64,000 bases of DNA. Origin: the human T2T-CHM13v2.0 reference genome, Homo sapiens. Within the stretch, counting starts at the first letter, position 1. Every line of letters begins with the position of its first letter. The stretch lies in assembly GCF_009914755.1 (NCBI RefSeq), contig NC_060931.1; one strand, written 5' to 3'. A program made the position numbers and the translations under genes. This document shows positions 46,631-64,000 of the stretch, piece after piece. The notes under the pieces were generated by a model. The model was given only the letters and a program-made list of their open reading frames with translations, was not told where the DNA came from and did no database searches.

Positions 46631-46853
46631 GACCTTGAAAGTTAAGAAAAATTTGGGCCAGGTGCGGAGGCTCATGCCTGTAATCCTAGCACTTTCAGAG
46701 GCCGAGGAGGGTGGATCACGAGGTCAAGAGATTGAGACCATCCTGGCCAACATGGTGAAACCCCATCTCTACTAAAAATACAAAAATTAGGGCCAGGCAC
46801 GGTGGCTCAAACCTGTAATCCCAGCGCTTTGGGAGGCCGAGGCGGGCGGATCA

Positions 46854-47164
<311 letters not shown>

Positions 47165-47428
47165 TCACTTGAGCCTGGGAGGTGAAGGTTGCAGTGAGCC
47201 GAGTGTGCCACTGCACTCCAGCCTGGTGACAGAGCAAGACTCTGTCTCAAAAAAAAAAAAAAAATTCAAAAGGTATCAACCCAGCCTGGGCAACACAGCA
47301 AGACCCTATCTCCACAAAAAATAAAAAAATTAGCCGGGTGTGGTGGCATACACCTGTAGTCCCAGCTACTTGGAGGCTGAGGTGGGAGGATTGCTTGAGT
47401 CCAGCAGTTTGAGGCTACAGTGAGCTAT

Positions 47429-47749
47429 CTTTTTGGCACCAGGGACTGGTTTTGTGGAAGACAGTTTTTCCATGGATGGGGAGTAGTAGGGGATGGTTTT
47501 GGGATGAAACTGTTCCACCTCAGATCATCAGGCATTAGATTCTCATAAGGAACATGCAACCCAGATCCCTCCAATGTGCAGTACACAATAGGTGCTCTTA
47601 TGAGAACCTAATGCTGCCACTGATCTGACAGGGGGTGGAGCTCAGGTGGGAATGCGAGCAATGGGGAGTGGCTATAAATACAGATGCAGCTTCACTTGCT
47701 TGCCCGCTGCTCACCTCCTGCTGTGCAGCCTGGGCACTGGAGACCACTG
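47429..47749. mobile_element. MER1 (hAT-Charlie) DNA transposon inserted into an AluJ-like element
   Basis: ctttttggcaccagggactggttttgtggaagaca...cagatcatcaggcattagattctcataagg; Alu sequence agctat duplicated on both sides. Confidence 0.85.
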
Positions 47750-47981
47750 AGCTATGATCACCCCACTGCACCCAAGGCTGGGTGACAGAGCAAGACCCTG
47801 TCCCAAAAAAGAAAAAAAGACTGGGCACGGTGGCTCACACCTGTAATCCCAACACTTTGGGAGGCCAAGGTAGGTGGATCATCTGAGGTCGGGAGTTTGA
47901 GACCAGCCTCGCCAATGTGGCGAAAACCTGTCTCTACCAAAAATACAAAAAATAGCCAGGCGTGGTGCTGCATGCCTGTAA

Positions 47982-48341
<360 letters not shown>

Positions 48342-48924
48342 TAGTTTCATTGCTGGAAAATACAATGTATGTTAAGACTGTGCAAAAAATCCTTTCTGCA
48401 AAATAGAGTTCAGTTCAGGGCTCAAATGAGGATGAACATTTTTCATCTGTGTGAATGTTGGATACGACACTGGAGCCACATGGAACTTGGGACAGATCTT
48501 TGCAGAGTCTATGTCTGTATCCCAGGAGTGGGTTGCTATTATTAATATTATCTTTTAGATAGAGCCTCACTCTGTTGCCCAGGCTGGAGTACACTACAGT
48601 GGCATGATCATAGCTCACTGCAGCCTCAACCTCCCCAGCTAAAGTGATCCTCCCGCCCCAGCCTCCCAAGTAGCTGGGACCACAGGCAGGCACCACCATG
48701 CCCAGCTAGGTTGTTTTGTTTTGTTTTGGCTTGCTATGTTGCCTAGGCTGGTCTTGAACTTTTGGGCTCAAACAATCCACCTCCCTCAGCCTCCCAAACT
48801 GTTGGGATTACAGGTGTGAGACACTGCGCCTGGCCACAGGTTGCTATTACATTATTGTGATGATCAGAAAACCCCAAATTTCCAAAGTGACCTCAAGGGG
48901 GTGGCATCACCCACCACGGTTCTA

Positions 48925-49660
<736 letters not shown>

Positions 49661-50842
49661 TCACAGAATGCTGTGGGAACTAGAAGAGGGAGTAACTGTA
49701 CCCACTGTCATGTGCATTTTTTTCGCACCCAGATACATAATGATAGCCCATACTCTGGGGTGTGGGAAATGCCACCCACAAAGTTGGTAGCACAACACGG
49801 CCATGCCATGGATTGGACGAGATGTGCGGCCCGTGTTGGATGATTCACAAATGGCGTGAATTGGAAAGAATGAGCCAAAAATACACAGTGGGAAACCAAA
49901 AGGTTGGCCAGAAGTGTGTGATATCTAGAGGATGTGGGATATGCAACTTTTAGTGACAGCGACATTAGAGATCTTGGCCTGGGTTAGATTCCAGAAAAAT
50001 GAGAGATGTCAAAAGTCTAAGCAAAGCAAGCCAGGCAAAGAAAATCCTGGAGGTGGGTCTGGCCACAATTCGAGTGTCAGCAACAAATGGATGAAGTGTG
50101 TGTGTTTGTGTGTGTGCATGCGTGCACGCGTGTGTGTTTCTTAGATGGGACCTTCCAGAGTATATCTTCGGCCAAATTTTTTTTTTTTTTTAGAGACAGG
50201 GACTTGCTCTGTCACCCAGGCTGGAGTGTAGTGATGTAAGCATAGCTTACTGCAGCCTCAAACTCCTGGCCTCAAGTGATCCTCTCGCCTTGGCCTCCCA
50301 AAACACAGGGATTATAGCTGTGAGCCACTCCACCCAGCCCACTTTCATGTGTCCTATTTATTTTATTTTATAATTTTTTTTTTGGAGATGGGGTCTTGCT
50401 ATGTTGGCCAGGTTGGTCTTGAACTCCTGGTTCCAAGCAATCTTCCTGCCTTGGCCTCCCAAACTGCTGGGATTATAAGTGTGAGCCACTATGCCCAGAC
50501 AATCTTCGTGTATCTTTTCTTTTTTTTTTTTTTGAGATGGAACCTTGCTCTGTCACCCAGGCTGGAGGGCAGTGGCGTGATCTCAGCTCACTGCAATCAT
50601 TGCCTCCCGGGTTCAAGTGATTCTCCTGCCTCAGCCTCCTGAATAGCTGGGATTACAGGCACCCACAACCACGCCCAGCTACTTTTTGTATTTTTAGTAG
50701 AGACGAGGTTTCACCATGTTGTCCAGGCTGGTCTCGAATTCCTGACCTCAGGTGATCTGCCTGCCTCGGCCTCCCAAAGTGCTGGGGTTACAGGCGTGAG
50801 CCACCACACCTGGCCTCTTCTTTTTTTGAGACAAGGTCTTAG

Positions 50843-50995
<153 letters not shown>

Positions 50996-52579
50996 TAGAA
51001 ACAGGGTCTTGTGATGTCATCCATGCTGGTCTTGAAGTCCTGGGCTCAAGTGATCCTCTTGCCTCAGCATCCCAAAGTGCTGGGATTATAGGCGTGAGCC
51101 ACTGTGCCCAGCCCATCTTTGTGTATTTTAAGCCCCAATTCTAAAAACCTGAAACATGCATACCTTATTTAGAGCAAACAATGGTGCTTTTCTCCTTGGT
51201 AGCCAGTTCTGATTCCTGGTAGCCAGCAATTACTAATGTCCAGGTCATGGACAGGGAGTGGCTTACTGGGAGACAGGAGAACCTAGTGGTTAGCAGGTTG
51301 GGTTTAGGATTAGGAGCTGGCTTGCCTGGGTTCAAAATCTGGCACTGATGCTTCTTTGGGTAATTTTGGGCAAATTTCTTTTTTTAAAAAAATAGAGTTG
51401 GTTGGGGGGGGGGGTGTCTCACTATGTTACCCAGGCTGGTCTCGAACTCGTGGTTTCAAGTGATCCTCCCACCTCCACCTCTCTAAATGGTGGAATTACA
51501 GGCGTGAGCCACTGCCCCCAGCCACAAATTTCTTTTCTTCTTCTTTTTTTTTGAGATGGAGTCTTGCTCTTGTTGCCCAGGTTGGAGTGCAATGGCATGG
51601 TCTCAGCTCACTACAATTTCCGCCTCCCAGGTTCAAGCATTCTCCTGCCTCAGCCTCCCGAGAGGCTAGGATTACACGTGCCTGCCACCATGCCTGGCTA
51701 ATTTTTGTATTTTTAGTAGAGACGGGGTTTCACCATGTTGGCCATACTGGTCTCCTGACCTCACGTGATCCACCTGCCTCGGCCTCCCAAAGTGCTGGGA
51801 CTACAGGAGTGAGCCACCATGCCCGGCCGCAAATTTCATTTGTACTCTGTATGCCTCCATTTCATCATCTGTAAAAATAGGGATAATAATAGCACTTACT
51901 ACCCAGCGTTCTTGTGAAGATTAAATGAATTAAGATATGTGAAGCCTGTAGATGGTCATTGTTTTCTGTAATTGGAGGAAGGGTGGTTAGAGTCAGCCTG
52001 CCTACCTCACACTCAGTCCATCCAGGGAATTACGTGTGTGCGTGGGACAGTTTTTGCAGGTCAAAACTGCAAAACAGTTTGGCAGAGGCAGGAACAGAGC
52101 TGTGTTTACAAGCCCCGCCCCTGTCCTATTCAGGCCCTTCCTACCTCAGTCCCTGTGATACTGGAGGAGGGCAGGGAAGTGCTGGGTAGAGAAAGGCGGG
52201 TCCCTGCTAGGGCTGCATCCCCATGGACCTAGGTGAGGACAGGCACATCTGCCTTCATGCCCAAATGTTGCATTTTCCACTTCTTATGACCTTCCTGCTG
52301 AAGGATGCAGAGGGCTTGGAGCTCACCCAGCTGCAGTTTCGAGCCCCCATTGGTAATGCCAGTACCTTGGAGTTAGGGCAGGGGAGTGAGGTCGTGGCTG
52401 CCCAGCCCTGCCAGAGGTTGCAGGGAGCAGTCAGATAGTTATGTATTGAGTTCTGGTCCTGCAAAGCCAGCCCAAAGCTGCAGGAACCTGGCTGGAGCTG
52501 GATGTGGAGGGTGTTTGGGACTGGCCAGCCCTGTGGCAGTCTTCGGCTGGCACAATGGCATGGGTACAAACATGGCATC

Positions 52580-53311
<732 letters not shown>

Positions 53312-53349
53312 TGAGCTGAGATCGTGCCACTGCACTCCAGCCTGGGTGA

Positions 53350-53649
<300 letters not shown>

Positions 53650-54441
53650 TAGTAGAGATGGGGTTTCACCATGTTAGCCAGGATGGTCTCCATGTCCTGA
53701 CCTCGTGATCTGCCCGCCTCGGCCTCCCAAAGTGCTGGGATTACAGGCGTGAGCCACTGCGCCCGGCCTGCAGATTTTTTCTTTACTTCATTTATTTATT
53801 TACTTATTTTAAGAGACAGGGTCTCACTCTATTACCCAGGCTGGTCTTGAACTCCTGGGCTCAACAGATCTTCCTGCCTTGGCCTCCCAGTGGGTGAGCC
53901 GGTGGACCTGGCCATCTTCAAAAATTGAAATCACTGAAAGGCACCTGGTCATCATTTTCTTGTCAAACTTTTCAATCAGAGCAAGTAATCTGTGGTTGCC
54001 CAGCCTTCAGATTAGTAGACTCGAGTGGAGACCAGGCCATATTCCAGGGAGCCACCTCAGGCCTTTTGACCTGGAACGCACAGGTGATTACCACAGCCCA
54101 GGGTGATAAAGAACTCATTCCTATGACTTGAAAGGGTGATTTTAATGTGTGCTGGACATTGCCCTAAGTATTTACGCACATTATCTCACTTAGCTCTTTA
54201 CCAGTGAATGAGGTACCTATTAGCAGCCTCCTTCCACAAATACATTGAAGTTGAGTGAGATTAGATAAATTGCTCACCTGTCTTAGCAAAGGCTTTCTGG
54301 TATGAGTTACAGAAACGAACTTCAGCTGAATCTTTTGCAAAGAAAAAGAATATGGGACCCGGGGCGTGGCTCACGCCTATAATCCCAGCACTTTGGAAGG
54401 CAAAGGCAGGCGGGTCACCTGAGGTCAGGAGTTTGAGATCA

Positions 54442-54765
<324 letters not shown>

Positions 54766-55378
54766 TCAGGAGACAGCTGGAAACTCAGGTAACAGACCCC
54801 AGAGTCCTCTTTTTCTCCACCTGCAGAATGGGTTCTTTCTCTTGGTATCTGTATCCTTGTAGAGAAGCATGGCTGCCCCACAACTCCTGGAATCACAGAA
54901 GACAGGTTCAGCCATCTGCAAAAATCCATGATTATTGTTCTGTCCATATTCTAAACTCCTTAGAGAGACAATCGTTATCTTCTTAGCAAAGGTTATTCCT
55001 TTTATGTGGTTGCATAAGAGTCTGTCTGTCTCGCTCTCTCTTTCTTCCCCCTTGTGTTGAGAGACAGAGATTCTAGAGAAGAAATGGAAGAATCGTGGGC
55101 TGGGCAGATATCCTAAAATGTGCCTGCTGCATACCAACTTTACACAACTAGTAAGGTTTAAATTCCTGTCTTTCCAACTCTGTTTCAAATAGACTCTGGA
55201 CTGGTCAGCCGCAGTGGCTCACACCTGCAATCCCAGCACTTTGGGAGGCTGAGGCGGGCAGATCACTTGAGGCCAGGAGTTCGAGACCAGCCTGTGCAAC
55301 ATGGCGAAACGCGGTCTCTACTAAACACACAAAAATTAGCCGGGCGTGGTGGCGGGCGCCTGTAATCCCAGCTACTCA

Positions 55379-55510
<132 letters not shown>

Positions 55511-55663
55511 TCAAAAAAAAAAAAAAAAAAAAAAAACACTAAACAGGCCAAGCGAGGTGGCTCCCACCTGTAATCCCAGCACTTTGGGAGGCTGAAGGGG
55601 GCAGGTCACCTGAGGTCAGGAGTTTGAGACCAGCCTGACTAAAATGGAGAAACCCCGTCTCTA

Positions 55664-55825
<162 letters not shown>

Positions 55826-55900
55826 TCAAAAACAAAGCAACAAACAAATTAAGGAACAAACACCTCTGGCTGGGCTATTCCCACTTCCATAGTACTTTAA

Positions 55901-56116
<216 letters not shown>

Positions 56117-56454
56117 TAGCCAGGATGGTCTTGATCTCCTGACCTTGTGATCCACCCACCTCGGCCTCCCAAAGTGCTGGGATTACAGGCGTGAGCCACC
56201 GCGCCTGGCCTGATACTTAAGTCTCTGTCAGCCTCTCAAGAGGGCCATCCCATCTATAGCCATATCCCTCTGAAACATCCCATCTCACCAAAAGGACCAC
56301 CAGGGTTTGAGAAAATCTGCGGCAGATCTTGCTGGGCTGAAGTCTTACGTACGTTTGATCTCTCGGCATTTCTGTTGTGTTCCTCCCTACGCCCCCAGCT
56401 CTGAACTGTCTAAATGCCTGTTCTTACCTTAAAATATTGATCTACAAACTAGAA

Positions 56455-57708
<1,254 letters not shown>

Positions 57709-57869
57709 TAACTAGAAGAAGCCAAAGTCACGAATACATCCCCTAATGCAAAGCCTCACAACTAGCAGGCGATCAATACATGCTTATTTTATAAACTTCC
57801 TAATGCAGAGAGTCCAATTTTTCTCTATTTCTTCACGTCGATTTAATTACTTAGATTGGAGTCTTTGTC

Positions 57870-58168
<299 letters not shown>

Positions 58169-58208
58169 GATTGGAGTCTTTGTCCAAAACATGCTGTTTC
58201 AGAATTAA

Positions 58209-58621
<413 letters not shown>

Positions 58622-59122
58622 TCACTGTGTTAGCCAGGCTGGTCTCGAACTCCTGACCTCAGGTGATCCATCCACCCTTGGCCTCCCAAAGTGCTGGAAT
58701 TACAGGCGTGAGCCACTGCACCTGGCCCTATGTTTGCCTTTATAAATAAGATTTATTTTAGCTCTTCTTTCTTTCTAATGCAAAGTACTTTAACAATTTT
58801 AAAAAATTAAGTGTTTCAATCGGGTGGGTATGGTGGCTCATGCCTGTAATCCCAGCACTTCTGGAGGCTGAGTCAGGAGGATCGCTCGAGCCCAGGGGGT
58901 TGAGACTAACCTGGGAAACATTGTGAGACCCCATCTTTATTTTTAAAAATGATTTCAATACAGAAAATGCCTGTTATTGCCATAAAGAGCTATCTTGATA
59001 GCTGGACCATTGCACTTCAGGAGTAGCTGTTGTATGGCAGCCGTGGAAATTGTGCAGTGCTCAGCCTGTGCAACCACATGTGGCAGCCTGGTGGAGAGTT
59101 TCTCTGCGATAAATAGTAATGA

Positions 59123-59490
<368 letters not shown>

Positions 59491-59551
59491 TAGTAACTTT
59501 TAGTCTCATTGCATTTTTTCCCAGCTTCCTTTCCTTTTTTTTTTTTTTTAA

Positions 59552-59809
<258 letters not shown>

Positions 59810-60384
59810 TAGGCATGAGCCACCGCACCCAGCGCTTTCCTTTTCTCTTGATGTGACTTGCTAAACCACTTGACAAAGAAGCTGAGGTTATTAGGCTTTT
59901 CTTTTCACAAATAAGGTGAATGAATCATAAGCCCATGTCTGCTGCTTTATTTACTGAATTAGTGTTCTAAAAATAAAACAGCACTCTTTAAGTCCAACAT
60001 TTATACCTAAATTCTGGGCCCTGAAATGTAATTGTGCACCTGGGCCCGTATTTAACTTCAAATTCTCCATCTGTGTAAGATGCATAATACCAGGTCTACT
60101 ATGCAGACAGTTACGGTAAGTCAGACGATGTCTGAAAAACACTTGAGACACACAGTTGCCATGTTCTGTGTACTGACGGAAAGTATGAAATTAGCAAAAC
60201 ATGCAGGGAATATTCAGCTGTATTCATTACTGTGTTTGGGCAAAATACGGTAAAGAAATTGCTCAGCATAGTTTCTCTGAAGATGTTTGGGTATACTTAG
60301 TATGCTTTGCAAACCTTGGAATTGGATTTAATTTTTACTTAGAGAATTAAGCATCTAATTATTGCCACAAAAAATAGTAGATTA

Positions 60385-60690
<306 letters not shown>

Positions 60691-61170
60691 TTAAGTTTGG
60701 GCAACATAGGAAGACCCTGTCCCTACAAAAAGTTAAAATAATTAGCTAGGCGTGGTGGCACAAGCCTGTAGTTCCAGCAACTCTGGAGGCTGAGGCAGGA
60801 GGATTGATTGAACCTAAGAGTTCTAGGCTGCAGAGAGCTATGATTGCACCACTGCACTCTGTTACAGATGTATACATGTACTGAGTCATGATGGAAAATG
60901 GATTGATTTAGAAATGTTTGGGTATGATGGCTTGCTCATTGCCCTTCTATGGTTCACTATAGCTTAGGCTATTTGGAGAAAAGCAAAACATTTGAAAGCT
61001 GAAACATTCAAAACATTCAAAGATTCAAAGCTGAAATCTGTGATCCATGCCATGAAACTCAAGGAAAAAAAAATGCGGCAGTTATTTTAGTGGCACCAAG
61101 TCCTGGGGCTCCTGGATCCCAGCCTAGGAGGAGAGGGACGTGAAGAAAAGTAAGGGCCAGCACATTTTGA

Positions 61171-61455
<285 letters not shown>

Positions 61456-61700
61456 TGATCCGCCTGCCTCAGCCTTCCAAAATGCTGGGATTATAGGCAT
61501 GAGCCAACGCGCCTGGCCAGCCTCTCTTTATTGGGAGCTTTCCATCCACTCTCCATCTCTTCTGCCTTTTCTTTTTAAATCTCCTCATCACTTCCTTGCA
61601 AACTCTCCATGCCTCCTAGTGCCTGAGGTAGGTATAAGACAGCTTGAAACCAGTAATCTACAATTCTTTCCTGGGCTTTCCGTTCTCACAACAGAGTCTG

Positions 61701-62543
61701 TGTCACCTGCTAAGGTACTGAAACTGACTCAGTTCTTTCATAGAGCAGATGTTTATGGTTTCTTTTGAATAAACATAGAAATTGACACTTCTAGCCTGGT
61801 GTGGTGGAGTGTGCTGGTATTCCCAGCTACTTGGGAGGCTGAGGCGGGAGGATCCTTTGAGCCCAGGAGTTCTGGGCTGTAGTGCGCTATGCCAATCAGG
61901 TGTCTGCACTAAGTTTAGCATCAACTTCCTGGGAGTGGGGGACCACCAGGTTGCTTAAGGAGGGGTTAACCAGTTCAGGTCGGAGACTGAGCAGGTCAAA
62001 ACTCCTGTGCTGATGAGTAGTGGCATCACGCCTGTGAATAGCCACTGCACTTCAGCCTGGGCAACATAGTGAGACCCTGTCTCAAAACAAAACAAAAGCA
62101 AAAGCAAAAAGAGAAACAAATTGACCTTTCCAGTCTTGAAATTTGAGAAAGTGACATTTGCCTTATCTGAGTTCCTTTCTCAGGAAATCAACCATCAAGC
62201 CTCCCAGATGGTATCAAGGAACTGAAACTTACCAGATCACTGCATTTGGACAATGAGATGCAGAACCCCTCATCTGTCATAATGGCCTAACAGACCACCT
62301 GCTGCCTGTTGATCAACTCCTCTTCCTTACCCCTCCCTAATTCCTGTTTTACTGCATGTAGTTACATTTCTTCCTTCCTATATAAACCTCTAATTTTAGT
62401 TGGTCAGGGAGACAAATTTGAAACTGATCTCCCATCTCCTTGGCTGGAGCACCCAATTAAAGCCTTCTTCCCTGGCACTACTGATTGGCTTTCTGTGCAG
62501 CAAGCGGCAGGACCTACACCAAACCCCTGGCATTTTGGCAACA
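61701..62543 (+). mobile_element. ERV1 solo LTR (MER39-like, tentative) interrupted by the 7SL retrocopy
   Basis: TG...CA ends; TATATAAA at ~62379; ATTAAA at ~62456; motifs aaggaactgaaacttaccagatca and gattggctttctgtgc. Confidence 0.7.
61794..62083 (+). pseudogene. Near full-length 7SL (SRP RNA) processed pseudogene, RN7SL-type
   Basis: Contains the S-domain absent from Alu (gttctgggctgtagtgcgctatgcc..gcactaagtt..ggaccaccaggttg..aggtcggagactgagcaggtcaaaactcc); ~8-9 nt internal deletion; A-rich tail to ~62112. Confidence 0.95.
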
Positions 62544-62732
62544 GCACTGGTCATGCTAGGGAAAAAGTTCAAGATCTCAACTTCCAAGACCCAGGGAAGC
62601 CTCTCACAATTTCTAAAGGGCAGGGCAGAAGAGATCTTTGAAAGTGAATCTGAATGAGAATAAAAGTGCAGTTTCACTTTAAATTTTCCAAAAAGCTTAT
62701 TAAATTGGTATTTTCATATGCTTTTGAAAACT

Positions 62733-63955
<1,223 letters not shown>

Positions 63956-64000
63956 TCCACAATAAGTAGATGTTACAATTCATTTAACTATAGGTTGAGT

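Noticed and set aside
61794-62083. Functional 7SL RNA gene
   Set aside because: A-rich tail, TSD, internal deletion, CpG decay and no immediate TTTT terminator indicate a retropseudogene.

Overview
Human/primate genomic DNA, extremely Alu-rich, containing one complete protein-coding gene on the + strand: TMEM248 (C7orf42; recognised from the spliced 314-aa translation; from recall it lies at 7q11.21). It has a CpG-island promoter and non-coding exon 1 (~2900-3132), six coding exons (23537-37198; all GT-AG junctions and phases join correctly) and a ~3 kb 3'UTR with tandem polyadenylation signals (37804, 39285, 40209). The rest is intronic or intergenic repeat sequence: many Alus, L1/L2/MIR, THE1/MST/ERV1 LTRs, MER1/MER2/MER5/MADE1 DNA transposons and a 7SL retropseudogene. 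Almost every ORF in the supplied track is an Alu or other repeat artefact. I found no clearly new multi-gene system. The most promising untested hypotheses concern TMEM248 RNA. (1) Exon 2 is 177 nt, stop-free, holds the start ATG and is bracketed by inverted Alus, so its circle would be an endless ORF. (2) A strong-Kozak uORF ends in a stop overlapping a GTG that is in frame with TMEM248 and also forms a possible alternative splice donor. Several nested or rearranged transposon structures are also readable. Repeat boundaries are approximate and subfamily names come from recalled consensus sequences, not a database search.
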